From a virus (taxonomy: Duplodnaviria > Heunggongvirae > Uroviricota > Caudoviricetes): a DNA stretch of 64,000 bases. This document shows, piece after piece, positions 47,979 through 58,733 of this stretch (the stretch's first letter is position 1; each line of letters begins with the position of its first letter). The translations under genes were made by a program, and so were the position numbers. Below the pieces are notes generated by a model. That model worked only from the letters and a program-made list of their open reading frames with translations, searched no databases and had not been told where the DNA came from. Location of the stretch: IMG/VR virus record IMGVR_UViG_3300021255_000139; one strand, written 5' to 3'.

Positions 47979-50411
47979 TTAAACTTTGGCAATATAAGCA
48001 GAATGAACAAATCCATATTTGCCATTATACTTAACATAATACCAAGTATCGCCGTTATTAGCTTTCACGGAGTCACAAACTGATACTTTTGTTCCTTCCG
48101 TAAGCGGAGAGAAACTACAAGTCTTATTTTCTGTTCCAGCCCACGTCCGAACATTTAGTGAATCCGCTGTGACTTTTCCTGTCCATTTTGCTACCGTATT
48201 CAAAGTTCCAGAAGTGGAAGTAGATTTCTTAGTGGTCGTAGGAGTTATTGTACCAGTAGTATCATACTTCGGAGTGATAAATCCACGAATATACCTACCG
48301 TTGATTGATAACTTTCTCTGTTTTACCGAATTAGAATAGTTCCCTTCAACAACGAGGAAGTAACCCTGATCTTTATGAACTTCTGTAACAGTTCCGATAT
48401 GATCCGGCGCACCAGTATTATCACCAGCACCACTATCTTCCCAATCATAGATGACTGCATCGCCCGGAGATGGAACATATGAATCTTGTTCAACCCAAAC
48501 ACCCATTTCTTTTGCTCGTTCGATAATATAGTAGCAACTTATTTCAATCGGCATTATCGCAGTATAACCAAGTTTGATTGCCAAAGCAGACCATGTACAA
48601 GCGCACCACGGCCATCCATATTCCATCTTAGTTCCACGAGGGAATTTGCCAGTATAGGAATTGTAAATATCAATAATAGATTTGTACGACCCGTCAGCTT
48701 CATTCTTGCCAATCCAACTATTTATGAGATTAACAACCGCACTTCTCGAATACTTTCCAGTTTTTTTCTTGGTCGTAGTTGTTATCTTTTTTGTTGTCGT
48801 AGTAGTTTTCTTCTTAGTAGTTGTTGCTTTCTTAGTTGTTGTAGCAATCTTTTTTGTAGTAGTTGAAGCAACCTTCTTAACCCAGCCAGAATGAACAAAT
48901 CCATATTTGCCATTATATTTGATGTAATACCATACGTCACCATTGTTTGCCTTTACAGAGTCACAGACTTCAATTTTCGTTCCTTCTTTAAGGGGAGAAA
49001 AACTACAAGTTTTATTTTCTGTTCCAGCCCATGTTCTTACGTTTAATTCATCGGCAGTAACTATACCAGTCCATTTAGGAATAGTATTTAATTGACCAGA
49101 AGTAGATGCTTTTTTGGTTGTCGTGGAAGTATTTGAAGAAGTTCCACCAGATTTAGAACCAATGCCAAGGTTAGTTGCAGTATGATGATTATCATTCAGA
49201 AGAATATCGCCCGGCAGAAGATAATCAGCACTTGTAAGATATTTGCTATCAGTTAAAACCTGAAATCCGGCATTCTTATATGCAGTACGCATATTTCCAG
49301 TATATGATGCTCCGATATTTTTTAATGCAGCAATACCAAGCAGATATCCGACAGCTTTAGTATTTGCGATTACTCCAGCAGAACAATCAGCTTCACAAGC
49401 AGTTGTAATTTTTGAAGGACGATAACCGACTTTCTGCAACTGCGTCCAATAAGTATCTCTCTGATATTGATCATATCCAATCTTATTATTGCTGGCTGCT
49501 TCGATTGCAAGTTCAGCAATCAATTCACGAACTTCTTGATTTGGATATCTTAATACACAACTCCAAGGACGGGAATACCAACTTCTGATACACCATTCAT
49601 TCCCTGTTTGATCTCCGGCAGCACCACCATGAATACCACCGTTTTCATCCCCACCACTGTTGGAGATTTTGCCATAATAGTTATTAAAATTCACACTCAC
49701 GATAGAAACCTCCTTTTTCGTAGTGGTTGTTGTCGAGTTACTTGCTGATGCTTTAGGAAGATATTCTTTAAGCCATTGATATACTTTCTGCTGACGTGTT
49801 TTATATGCTCCAACTTGATTACCAGTGTCGGTTTTACAAGCAGCATATAAATTATCAAGTGTATAAGGCTTTTTAGTTTTTTGCACTATCCTTTTTAAAG
49901 CGGAGTTGCCACCTTGGTGTACAAAATTTGCCGCTTCAAATAAAGCATCAATTTCAGTTATTCCAAGAGTTTCAGCATATGCAATATACTGATTGAGCAA
50001 TTTAACGATCCTCTGATCTTGAACTTTTTTACCCTCTGTAGAACTGATAATGTTCACAATAGCTTTTGCTTTCGCAGAAGTTTTTGAAGGGTTATAACCT
50101 GACCAAGAAGATTTCTTTAAATCAGAAGCTAATCCAGCATTATCATATTTGGCGAAAACATTTGGATATTGATCCTTAATATCTTGTAATAGTGCTTTTG
50201 CATAATTCTTAAACTCTTGAAATGCACCTATCGTTATCGAATCTTCTGCAGATGAGTTGGTGTAGGCATTTGTATAGTCGTTATAACGTCTTTGACCATA
50301 AATCTGCCCTCCGGTCTCCACTGCTCCGATGATATTGATAAGGACTTGCATTTGAGCATCTGTTATTTTTGCCATAAAACACCTCATATTGTTATAAAAA
50401 AGACGGTGCAA
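47979..50411 (-). CDS. multidomain cell-wall hydrolase (CHAP peptidase + Thr/Lys linker + 2 SH3b)
   Basis: CHAP-like WPWCACTWS...PDHIGTV; two SH3b repeats (WYY(I/V)KYNGKYGFVHS); TTTKK low-complexity linker. Confidence 0.6.
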   Translation of the reverse strand: MHRLFYNNMRCFMAKITDAQMQVLINIIGAVETGGQIYGQRRYNDYTNAYTNSSAEDSITIGAFQEFKNYAKALLQDIKDQYPNVFAKYDNAGLASDLKKSSWSGYNPSKTSAKAKAIVNIISSTEGKKVQDQRIVKLLNQYIAYAETLGITEIDALFEAANFVHQGGNSALKRIVQKTKKPYTLDNLYAACKTDTGNQVGAYKTRQQKVYQWLKEYLPKASASNSTTTTTKKEVSIVSVNFNNYYGKISNSGGDENGGIHGGAAGDQTGNEWCIRSWYSRPWSCVLRYPNQEVRELIAELAIEAASNNKIGYDQYQRDTYWTQLQKVGYRPSKITTACEADCSAGVIANTKAVGYLLGIAALKNIGASYTGNMRTAYKNAGFQVLTDSKYLTSADYLLPGDILLNDNHHTATNLGIGSKSGGTSSNTSTTTKKASTSGQLNTIPKWTGIVTADELNVRTWAGTENKTCSFSPLKEGTKIEVCDSVKANNGDVWYYIKYNGKYGFVHSGWVKKVASTTTKKIATTTKKATTTKKKTTTTTKKITTTTKKKTGKYSRSAVVNLINSWIGKNEADGSYKSIIDIYNSYTGKFPRGTKMEYGWPWCACTWSALAIKLGYTAIMPIEISCYYIIERAKEMGVWVEQDSYVPSPGDAVIYDWEDSGAGDNTGAPDHIGTVTEVHKDQGYFLVVEGNYSNSVKQRKLSINGRYIRGFITPKYDTTGTITPTTTKKSTSTSGTLNTVAKWTGKVTADSLNVRTWAGTENKTCSFSPLTEGTKVSVCDSVKANNGDTWYYVKYNGKYGFVHSAYIAKV

Positions 50412-50436
50412 TAATTCGCACCGCCTTGATTAATAG

Positions 50437-51231
50437 TTATTTCCATCTAAGGATTTCTGAAATTTTTCTACTCTTATTTTTCTTTGAGTAGTCTGGTTTG
50501 ATTCCAGTATAAATATTATTCGTAATACTAGCATGACCACCGTCATAAACAATATAATCATAACCAGTATAAACAAACGTGTGGCTATAGTCTTTGAATG
50601 TTATAATATCTCCGACTTCAAGTAGCCGTTTATCAACAGCCTGTTTTACAGTTAAACCGATCGGTTTACCTGATGTAATTCTTTCAAAATAGGTTTTTAT
50701 TGCTCCCGTGTAGCAATGTTTGAAAGAACCATTTTTACCCCAAAAGTTACTGAAAGAAATGCTAAGATGTTTTAATCCCCAACGACAAGGAACAACACAA
50801 GTAATACTTGCTTTCTTTTTACCTTCTACGGTCTTTTTTGCCTTTTCAAAAGTTGAAAGTTCCGATTTATAACCATACTCAAAATATTTGCCATTAGCTT
50901 TTACAAATGTATGTATCTGTTCGAGATAGTCAACAAATTCTATTGCTTTGTCTGAAATACCAACCACATAAGAAGAATTTACAAATCCATATTTTCCATT
51001 ATATTTGATATAATACCAAGTCTCTTTTTTGGTTGACAATATTGCATCACAAACAATCACAATTCCACCCATTTTAATAGGGCTGAAAGAACAATCTTTT
51101 GAACTTCCAGCCCAATCTTTAACAGGGGTACTTTTGTTTAATTTACCTTTGAACTTCTCTGATTTATTTGGTGCAGTTTTCTTAGAAACGTAAAACACCT
51201 TATCGCTGTTTGCAGTAATCTTTCTTATCAT
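50437..51231 (-). CDS. SH3b + papain-like (NlpC/P60-CHAP-like) peptidoglycan hydrolase
   Basis: SH3b WYYIKYNGKYGFV; C-terminal Cys/His pattern FKHCYTGAI...SHTFVY...GGH. Confidence 0.45.
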   Translation of the reverse strand: MIRKITANSDKVFYVSKKTAPNKSEKFKGKLNKSTPVKDWAGSSKDCSFSPIKMGGIVIVCDAILSTKKETWYYIKYNGKYGFVNSSYVVGISDKAIEFVDYLEQIHTFVKANGKYFEYGYKSELSTFEKAKKTVEGKKKASITCVVPCRWGLKHLSISFSNFWGKNGSFKHCYTGAIKTYFERITSGKPIGLTVKQAVDKRLLEVGDIITFKDYSHTFVYTGYDYIVYDGGHASITNNIYTGIKPDYSKKNKSRKISEILRWK

Positions 51232-51319
51232 GTAATCACCTCATTAAAATATTGTTGTAACCCCTCTATTTCTCACGCCATCTTAATGAGATTGGTTAGC
51301 ATTCCCAATACGATTTATG

Positions 51320-51478
51320 TTATTTTTGTCTTTCTTTCATTTCCGCAATAGCACGATCACAAGCAATCATGCATATACGGTAAATATCGTCTCTGTCTTG
51401 TTTCTTAATAACATTGATTTTCGCAAGTTCGGTAACACGTCCGATAAGATCACGTTTCTCGAATGCGGTCAAATCCAT
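51320..51478 (-). CDS. small protein (52 aa), not in ORF track
   Basis: ATG preceded by GGAGG RBS on minus strand; MDLTAFEKRDLIGRV... Confidence 0.4.
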   Translation of the reverse strand: MDLTAFEKRDLIGRVTELAKINVIKKQDRDDIYRICMIACDRAIAEMKERQK

Positions 51479-51524
51479 ATTAATCCTCCAAAAATTATCA
51501 AAAATTGATGATAAAATGTATCTT

Positions 51525-51926
51525 TTATTTTACATCAATCTTACTTTCTCGAACGACTGTTTCGATATAATTATCAAGGTAAGCATCGAAGTTTGTGTAA
51601 ACTGATTCAATAGCAGACTTCATTTCACGAGAAATAAGTTCTTTTGCTTTATCTATCGCCATCTGTTTTGCAATCGCTTGTGCTTCTGCGTCAAATTTGC
51701 CCTGATGCTTCATAGTATCGACATACGTCTGCGAAACAGTCATAACAGCCACACTAATAGCTTCTCCTGCGTAATCAATAAGATTTTGTACTTGCTCACT
51801 TTCAATATTATCCTTATTCTTCTGAATAATAGATTTTACAAAATTCGCAAAGTAAACAGTCACAAATGGAAGAATACCAGTTATGACCAAATACATAAGC
51901 TGTTGAATAAATTCCTTAAAAGTCAT
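51525..51926 (-). CDS. holin-like membrane protein
   Basis: N-terminal TM helix LMYLVITGILPFVTVYFANFV then charged domain; sits immediately upstream of endolysin. Confidence 0.4.
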   Translation of the reverse strand: MTFKEFIQQLMYLVITGILPFVTVYFANFVKSIIQKNKDNIESEQVQNLIDYAGEAISVAVMTVSQTYVDTMKHQGKFDAEAQAIAKQMAIDKAKELISREMKSAIESVYTNFDAYLDNYIETVVRESKIDVK

Positions 51927-51940
51927 TTACATTACCTCTT

Positions 51941-52888
51941 TCATTTTAAAAGTTCATTGACCTTCGTTTGAACTTCTTTATAATCTGAACCAAAAAATCT
52001 TTTCCTTACATCACCGCTCCCAGCATATCCACTAATAACATACCTTGCAGAAGCAGCAATATAATCAGAACGTCCTTCATTAGATAAATAATAATTAACT
52101 AATCTTTGGACATCGCTATAATGTTTACCGAGAGATTTCTTTCTTGTGTCTCCATTTCCGTATTTCCCACGTATAGTTTCAACAGCCAAAAAAGAAAGTT
52201 CTTTAGATATGTTGAGATTTGTGTTAGGTTTTTGTTCCTTAATTTCAGATTGTTTATTACATTTTGAATAACTATTCCATTGATCCTTAGTAAGATATCC
52301 GATATCCATATCAAGATTTCCAGAATAATTATTTAATCGACCGCTTGATGAATACTGAAAAATCGTGGGGGATTTCCATGCGCCATATCCATAAGAGTCA
52401 GTCCAAGGATTTGTTTGATATCCAGTCCTTTCATAATTCTTGTATTGTGCTACCCAAAGTGGATTGTTTTTAGCAATAATACTCCAATTATGTTGTCGGC
52501 ATACTGACTTACTCATATAAATAAAAATCCTTATACCCGTTTTTTCAAATATTCTATCAGCAAACTTCTTACACCATGATACAGACTTATTACTACCAAA
52601 TAGAGGATTGTTTTTTCCTTCCCAATCTAAACATAATAATCCTGTGCCGATTTTTGATCCAATATTTTTTAAGAAGTAATCTGCTTCATTATTTGCATCT
52701 TTTCCGTTTGCATAATGATAAAAGCCAATCAGTTTTTTTGACTGACTGGCTTGTTTATAATGTTTCTCAAAAGATGGATTTATGTAATGAGTTCCTTCGG
52801 TAACTTTAATAATTACAAAATCGGCAGCTATTTTTGTTATGTCTAAGGTTTTTTGATAATTTGCAATATCTATACCTTTTAAACTCAT
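51941..52888 (-). CDS. endolysin: GH25 muramidase + 2 CW_7-like cell-wall-binding repeats
   Basis: GIDIANYQ...FVIIKVTEG...GFYHY GH25 pattern; C-terminal repeats RGKYGNGDTRKKSLG..Y..VQ..VN. Confidence 0.8.
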   Translation of the reverse strand: MSLKGIDIANYQKTLDITKIAADFVIIKVTEGTHYINPSFEKHYKQASQSKKLIGFYHYANGKDANNEADYFLKNIGSKIGTGLLCLDWEGKNNPLFGSNKSVSWCKKFADRIFEKTGIRIFIYMSKSVCRQHNWSIIAKNNPLWVAQYKNYERTGYQTNPWTDSYGYGAWKSPTIFQYSSSGRLNNYSGNLDMDIGYLTKDQWNSYSKCNKQSEIKEQKPNTNLNISKELSFLAVETIRGKYGNGDTRKKSLGKHYSDVQRLVNYYLSNEGRSDYIAASARYVISGYAGSGDVRKRFFGSDYKEVQTKVNELLK

Positions 52889-52897
52889 GTTGCCACC

Positions 52898-54091
52898 TCA
52901 TTTCTTTAACATACGATTTACTTGATTTTGAACTACGGTATATTCATCTCCAAGTAATTGTTTTCGAGTTTCATTAACTCCATATTTATTATTTATTACT
53001 TCCTTCGCTGTTTTAATAACCCAGTTCACCTTGTCTTGGACTTCATTATAAATATTTCCAAAATATGCTTTACGAGTTTCGCCACTCCCAGCATATCCAG
53101 AAAGTACAAAATCAGCACAAGCACGAATATAATCATTGTGTCCATTGGAAGAAAGATAGTGATTTACAAGTTTTTGAACAACACTATATCTGTTACCAAG
53201 CAGATTTTTTCTATCGTTCCCAGAACCGTATTCCGCATGAATAACACCTACAGCAAGAGCAGAATCTGAACGATTTTTAATACTATCGTTTTTTGCTCCA
53301 ACGAGAGTAAAATCACGAATTGCAACCCACCCTTTATACGTGTCATAATCGCCAATAGGTTTATTGTTTTTGTCTACTTTGAACTCATGTTTATAATTTC
53401 CAGTAGTGATAAATCTTCCACCAGAATCAAAGAGAATTATATTTCCATTTACAATATCTCCAACAATAGCAACGTGACCCCAATCAGACCAATCGTCACA
53501 ATTATTAGTAGTTACGGGATTACGGAAAAATTGAATAAGATCACCAATTTGCAAATCCTTCTGATTTCTAAAGAAAGGACACTTCCTTGATTTTATATGA
53601 CTTTTGTAAGCACAGGAATTTGTTGGTTGATTATTTCCACCATAAAGACCAGCCTTATAAAGCAAAGAATCCATTCCATAGTTGCAATTTGTTGTTTTAT
53701 CTTTGCTTTCTTTGCCACAAAGATCATCAATTCGACCCCAATTACATCTTCCTTTTTGATTGTTGATATAGAAGGGAGAGCCACCAGCCCATTTTCTATA
53801 CCACGTTCCATTATTGTAATCAAATCCAAAAATAGACATAAGTCCAAAAACATATTCCGCTATTTCGTGCAACTCTTCAACTGTCTTTACACTCGCAGTT
53901 TTCCCATTCCATTTTTTAAAAACTCCACCAAGACTATTGAGATATGCACTATATCCACCATATGCTTTCAACTTAGAGATATAGTTTGTACAATTAAAAT
54001 CTGATTTATGTGCATCTATTATTTTCTGTGTAGCATTGCTAAATTGTTTCACTTGTGATACCTTTTCTTTCACTATAAGTTGACGCAACAA
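52898..54091 (-). CDS. peptidoglycan hydrolase (papain-like peptidase) + 3 CW_7-like repeats
   Basis: Cys/His CNYGMDSLLY...WGHVAIVGD; three repeats YGSGNDRKNLLG.RY..VQ..VN. Confidence 0.55.
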   Translation of the reverse strand: MLRQLIVKEKVSQVKQFSNATQKIIDAHKSDFNCTNYISKLKAYGGYSAYLNSLGGVFKKWNGKTASVKTVEELHEIAEYVFGLMSIFGFDYNNGTWYRKWAGGSPFYINNQKGRCNWGRIDDLCGKESKDKTTNCNYGMDSLLYKAGLYGGNNQPTNSCAYKSHIKSRKCPFFRNQKDLQIGDLIQFFRNPVTTNNCDDWSDWGHVAIVGDIVNGNIILFDSGGRFITTGNYKHEFKVDKNNKPIGDYDTYKGWVAIRDFTLVGAKNDSIKNRSDSALAVGVIHAEYGSGNDRKNLLGNRYSVVQKLVNHYLSSNGHNDYIRACADFVLSGYAGSGETRKAYFGNIYNEVQDKVNWVIKTAKEVINNKYGVNETRKQLLGDEYTVVQNQVNRMLKK

Positions 54092-54119
54092 AATAGGGGA
54101 GTTTTGCTCCCCTATATTT

Positions 54120-54884
54120 TTATAGTTTGATTGAACTGCTTATACAATATCCATCAATCTTATTATTGGTGCAAAAATTCTTAATTCTTTTTATCAAAAA
54201 ATTACTTTTCGTGTATTCAAGAAGAAATACAAGCAACTTGTATTTTTTACACCTCTTACAATAGGATTTAAAGTAACTATGGTCTGAAGAACATTGCTCT
54301 CCAAAAGTACCATTTCCACTATAGCTTTTTATTCTACTATAAACAGTTTCTTGATTTACTCCATCAATTATGGATTGTTTCTTTTGATCAATCAACTTGG
54401 AAACAAACGTATCTGCACCGTTAAGTATTAAAATCATATTTTGCGATTTGATCCATTTGCATATTTCAACCATTGCATTATAAATATTATTTGCAAGGCT
54501 TTTATTTTTCTTCTCTTCAAGGATATACCAATAAATATCTCCGTTATCTAACCAAACGCCATCAAATCCTTTTACTTTTGCATTTAATACTAAACTCTTA
54601 ATACGTTGTTTCCAAATAGAAGATGTAACATTAACCCAATATTCGTGACTCCAGTCCTCATTTTTTGCGATACAAATAGACTTATATTTTTTAAAGTCAG
54701 ACCAATCAGTTTCTGCCATTCCATAGTTTAAATAGCACAGAACGGTTTTACATCCGTTTTTGTGTATCTTCTCTATATCTGTTTTATTATAAACAGAATC
54801 AACAACGAGAACGTCATAGTTTTTTGAATCACGAATTATTGCGGACTTATGAGATTCTTCTAAACAAACTTTATACCGTTTCAA
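54120..54884 (-). CDS. putative TIM-barrel glycoside hydrolase-like protein
   Basis: GFDGVWLDNGD resembles GH114-like hydrolases; weak. Confidence 0.3.
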   Translation of the reverse strand: MKRYKVCLEESHKSAIIRDSKNYDVLVVDSVYNKTDIEKIHKNGCKTVLCYLNYGMAETDWSDFKKYKSICIAKNEDWSHEYWVNVTSSIWKQRIKSLVLNAKVKGFDGVWLDNGDIYWYILEEKKNKSLANNIYNAMVEICKWIKSQNMILILNGADTFVSKLIDQKKQSIIDGVNQETVYSRIKSYSGNGTFGEQCSSDHSYFKSYCKRCKKYKLLVFLLEYTKSNFLIKRIKNFCTNNKIDGYCISSSIKL

Positions 54885-54886
54885 AC

Positions 54887-55270
54887 TTACCCAACTACCT
54901 CGTTATAATCCTCTTCGGGTACATCTGTTTGATGTTCAAGCATTGCCATTTCGTATGTAATTCCACCAGCAGTATTTTCAGCTTTTGATTTGCTATAATA
55001 AGCTACTAATGTAGGAATAATAGCAACTGGAACACCAATCAGAGCATAAAGAGCGGACGAATCTTGAAATTGCCACATAAAACATTCAGCAAAAATCAAA
55101 ACCTCAAAACAAATTAAAAAAACAGCCAAAAGAGCAAGTTTACTCGTAGTCGGCTTTTTGATCTTTGTTCGATATTTGTTTTTCAATTCTTTCAGTTTTT
55201 GCTTCTGGCGTAAATCACGGTTTTCAAGTTCGATCCGCTTTTTACGTGCTTCATATTCCTTATTCGTCAT
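54887..55270 (-). CDS. membrane protein with charged N-terminus
   Basis: ORF; 2 TM. Confidence 0.35.
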   Translation of the reverse strand: MTNKEYEARKKRIELENRDLRQKQKLKELKNKYRTKIKKPTTSKLALLAVFLICFEVLIFAECFMWQFQDSSALYALIGVPVAIIPTLVAYYSKSKAENTAGGITYEMAMLEHQTDVPEEDYNEVVG

Positions 55271-55778
55271 TTGTCATTTCTCCGTCTTTGTTATGAACAG
55301 GTAGTGCCATTATATCCGGGTATAACTTATCATGGTAGATATCATCCCCTCCGGCACTTTCATAGACCTTACCGCACTCCATAAAAGTTTTAAGACCTTC
55401 CTTAGTTATGTAGTTTCGTTCCGTTGATTCGGAATGAATCCTCCACAGTGTAGAACGCATCGAAGCAACCGTCAAAGATTTAAGCAAAGTGTTTATATCA
55501 GATATCTGTCGTTCCATTTTTTCATCAGCAGCATTACTTTTTTCGGACAAACTCTGTAATTTTTCATGTTGCTTATTTAATTGTTCATTAATCTTCTCGA
55601 TTTCTTCTTTGCGCTCTCTCTCTTTCTTCATACTGGACGTTTCTATGTTGAATAATTTGATGAACTTATTATAAAACTCTTTGATAACAACAAGTGCAAC
55701 AACCAGTATTACTAAGCTGATTATGATCATTTTCCAATCAGCATTGAGCAGTTCATTAGCAGATTCAACTACGCCCAT
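55260..55778 (-). CDS. N-terminal TM + coiled-coil protein
   Basis: ORF. Confidence 0.35.
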   Translation of the reverse strand: MGVVESANELLNADWKMIIISLVILVVALVVIKEFYNKFIKLFNIETSSMKKERERKEEIEKINEQLNKQHEKLQSLSEKSNAADEKMERQISDINTLLKSLTVASMRSTLWRIHSESTERNYITKEGLKTFMECGKVYESAGGDDIYHDKLYPDIMALPVHNKDGEMTNDE

Positions 55779-55788
55779 TTATAATACC

Positions 55789-56283
55789 TCACTTATCAGT
55801 ATGTTTAGGATTCGTTTGGCATTTCTTAATCTTGAAAATAAGAATAATGCGACCAAACAAAACATAGTGTGGAATTTCAGTATCTTCAAAAACATAGTAG
55901 TTTATCGCATCTGCAATAAATATTCCTATAATGCTCATTCCGATCCAAAGTATGCTAAATGGCACACAAATAACACCGTCAAAATTGAGTGGAAGATTAC
56001 TATAATCCCACATTTGTGTTAATCCCAATAATTTAATAGTTTCTCCGACAACCAGTTCCATAGTGGTTATGATTGCAGAGCCTATACATCCGTATAGAAG
56101 TATGTCGATATCCCAGCGGATTCTATCATTTATAGGATCAATAATCAGAAGAAATAGTCCTCCTAATATCCCCATAAGTGGATAGGAATATCCTCGGAAA
56201 CAAGTTTCTATCGTAATGTATAGGCAAAATCCGACTACAAAGAGAACTGACTTTCGGAACAATTTCTCTTTAAATGTAATCAT
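55789..56283 (-). CDS. polytopic membrane protein
   Basis: 4+ hydrophobic helices. Confidence 0.4.
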   Translation of the reverse strand: MITFKEKLFRKSVLFVVGFCLYITIETCFRGYSYPLMGILGGLFLLIIDPINDRIRWDIDILLYGCIGSAIITTMELVVGETIKLLGLTQMWDYSNLPLNFDGVICVPFSILWIGMSIIGIFIADAINYYVFEDTEIPHYVLFGRIILIFKIKKCQTNPKHTDK

Positions 56284-56285
56284 TA

Positions 56286-56846
56286 TTAATCACTCGTTTC
56301 TGGATTCATTTGCTGATAAAGAATCTTCAATACTTCTGACTGATATTCGACTGGAATTTCTACACCATATTCAATAGCCATGACATCTTCAATATCAGTA
56401 AGAGATTTAATATAATCTCTCAAAGAATTAAAATATGTGGTATGGAATGTAATGTAATTTTCCATCTGTGTATTGATAGCAATTATGTCCTCCGCAGAAA
56501 AGATATGACAACTTCCATTATCCCAATGCCACGGCAAGAACTCATTACCAGCAACCGCACGTTCATTCAGTTTCATAATCATAGTTTGATCCGTAATATC
56601 CAAACTGAAATGATATGTATTGCCATCTGCAAGCTGAACATCAATGCCGTTTAGGATCATAAGATTACAAGCCATGCTCATTTCGGCAACTTTCGCACTG
56701 ATTACATCAGCAAGGTTTTCTTGTGCGATAAATCCGACCTTATTCAGTTCGGCAATCACAGCACTCTTAATTTTGGCTGGAATATCATCAATATCTTTTT
56801 GAAAAGTAGTGATAAGTTCCACCCACACTTTTATAAGTTTCTCCAT
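56286..56846 (-). CDS. hypothetical protein
   Basis: ORF. Confidence 0.4.
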   Translation of the reverse strand: MEKLIKVWVELITTFQKDIDDIPAKIKSAVIAELNKVGFIAQENLADVISAKVAEMSMACNLMILNGIDVQLADGNTYHFSLDITDQTMIMKLNERAVAGNEFLPWHWDNGSCHIFSAEDIIAINTQMENYITFHTTYFNSLRDYIKSLTDIEDVMAIEYGVEIPVEYQSEVLKILYQQMNPETSD

Positions 56847-56859
56847 TACTCGAACCTCC

Positions 56860-57210
56860 TTAAATCAAAGAACTCAATTCTACAATGCATTCTTTCAATT
56901 CATTGTTTTCGGTTCTAAGTTTTGCGATAATTTCAGCATCAGTCATGTCTCTTTCATCAGTCCATGCAATACCATAAGCCCAAAACTTATCAAAATTATC
57001 AATAATGTTTTGTTCGCTTGTAGCTGCACTGTCAATCTGGAAGAACACTTCGTCTGCAGTTTGCACTTCATATTCTTCGCCGTTCTCATTACGAGTTTCA
57101 GTCTTTATATTTTTTCTAAGCCATACATCGGCAATCCCATTGTGGGGCATATAAAGAACAGGAACGAGTTCAATATCAAGCGGCATTAACGTTTTGCAAA
57201 TATTGCTCAT
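56860..57210 (-). CDS. acidic hypothetical protein
   Basis: ORF. Confidence 0.35.
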   Translation of the reverse strand: MSNICKTLMPLDIELVPVLYMPHNGIADVWLRKNIKTETRNENGEEYEVQTADEVFFQIDSAATSEQNIIDNFDKFWAYGIAWTDERDMTDAEIIAKLRTENNELKECIVELSSLI

Positions 57211-58507
57211 AAAATGCTCCCTTCCTTCTTTCCAACTTATAAATACGTACCATCTTTCTGTAATTTATAAGTTTTATATCACGAGAAATTATGTTACGTG
57301 AAATTCTCATACATCTATCTACCTGATACTTGTCTTTCAAGTGTTTAGAGTTTGTATGAACAATATAGCCATAATAACTACACATTGTACGAGCATCTTT
57401 TAGAGAAACAGGAATATGATTATCTATCTTTTTATTTATTCGTCTTAACTTACGTGCAATTTTAATAAATACACTCTTACGAATAGTAATACGGTCACGA
57501 TAGATTTTATATCCCATCATGTCGATGAAACATCCTCGCTCTTTATTTCTTTTCTTATCAAAATAAACAAATCTTTGAATACCCCAATTAGGTTTAATTT
57601 CAAGACCAAGTTCATTTTTAAAGAAATTAATAGTCATTTCAACAGCCATTTTCAAGTGCCGTTTATTTTGACCACAAAGTAGAATATCATCCATATAGAA
57701 CAGTTGGTGTGAGATCAACCGTTTTTTCACTTTTGTTTTTGTTGTGAAAAGATTCTGTTCCATATAATGATAAGCGTATGATAAATAGTAGTTACACAGC
57801 CATTGTGATAAATGAGAACCAATAGATAGTCCACCTTCAGAAAATGAATCAATCATCAAGTCAATCAAATAGATAAGATCAAGATTCTTTATATCCCGAT
57901 GAATATACTTTTTAATTTTGTCATGTTCAATACTTGGATAACATTTTTTAACATCAAGTTTTACAAAGTATTTTACTGAACCCGGATTACGATCAATCCA
58001 TCGTTGGATTGTACGAACACCGTAAAGTTGTCCTCGTCCGGGAATACTTGCACATTGATACCTTCCAATTTTCCTATTAAACATTTTCTGACAAGCATTT
58101 ACAATTACATACTCGTAACATTGTTGAAGCATATGTTCAATTCCAATTTGTCTTACTTTGCCAGAATTGCCATCATATCTTTCACTAAATCTTATTGGTG
58201 GAAATGTCACATCATGGTTCTTTATGTGTTGACTCATATCTTTTGATATATGATCTATAATGAACATAAGTCCGTCAACACCATGTAGATCATATAAATC
58301 TTTTACAATGGATTTTGGCACATTTTCATAATGTGCCAAAAATCCAATCGTTTTTGTCTTGTTGTATTTTCTATTTAAACAATCAAGAACACAACCTTTG
58401 ATATAACTAACATCGGTTATATCTATATCTTTACAATATGTAATCATATTGATTATCCGCTCTCTTTCTGGGTCAAATAGCGTTCGATATAAAAATTTAC
58501 TTGCCAA
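57176..58507 (-). CDS. DGR reverse transcriptase (RT2)
   Basis: VKLDVKKCYPSIEH, LSIGSHLSQWLCNYYL (GxxxSQ), LFYMDDILLCG. Confidence 0.8.
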   Translation of the reverse strand: MASKFLYRTLFDPERERIINMITYCKDIDITDVSYIKGCVLDCLNRKYNKTKTIGFLAHYENVPKSIVKDLYDLHGVDGLMFIIDHISKDMSQHIKNHDVTFPPIRFSERYDGNSGKVRQIGIEHMLQQCYEYVIVNACQKMFNRKIGRYQCASIPGRGQLYGVRTIQRWIDRNPGSVKYFVKLDVKKCYPSIEHDKIKKYIHRDIKNLDLIYLIDLMIDSFSEGGLSIGSHLSQWLCNYYLSYAYHYMEQNLFTTKTKVKKRLISHQLFYMDDILLCGQNKRHLKMAVEMTINFFKNELGLEIKPNWGIQRFVYFDKKRNKERGCFIDMMGYKIYRDRITIRKSVFIKIARKLRRINKKIDNHIPVSLKDARTMCSYYGYIVHTNSKHLKDKYQVDRCMRISRNIISRDIKLINYRKMVRIYKLERRKGAFYEQYLQNVNAA

Positions 58508-58618
58508 GAATCACCCTAATATATTTTAATCAAGAGATTAGGTAATCTAATCACGTAGTTGTATTATGATTAGACGGTTTATGTGTTTCCCAAGGGTGTA
58601 GAAACCACACCCCCTCAC

Positions 58619-58733
58619 CAGAGAGTGCCGGGCAGAAATGTTCCAGTTCGTATTCGAAAGACCATTGTTCAAATTCCGATTGAACAGACCAGCATTCGCA
58701 CCATTGTTCAGATTGCCGAACGCCAGCACAAAT
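58619..58733 (-). repeat. DGR2 template repeat (TR2)
   Basis: about 115 nt; AAC-rich on minus strand; matches VR2 except at A positions. Confidence 0.8.

Noticed and set aside
48486-48894. Plus-strand ORFs with TTT/KK/VVVV low-complexity peptides and apparent short tandem DNA repeats
   Set aside because: Antisense of the Thr/Lys-rich linker (TTTKKATTTKKK...) of the 810-aa minus-strand hydrolase. The periodic repeats are protein-linker coding, not CRISPR or minisatellite.
51317-51605. Plus-strand ORFs 51317-51508 and 51414-51605
   Set aside because: They are antisense to a minus-strand small gene with a GGAGG RBS (51320-51478) and sit in a minus-strand operon.
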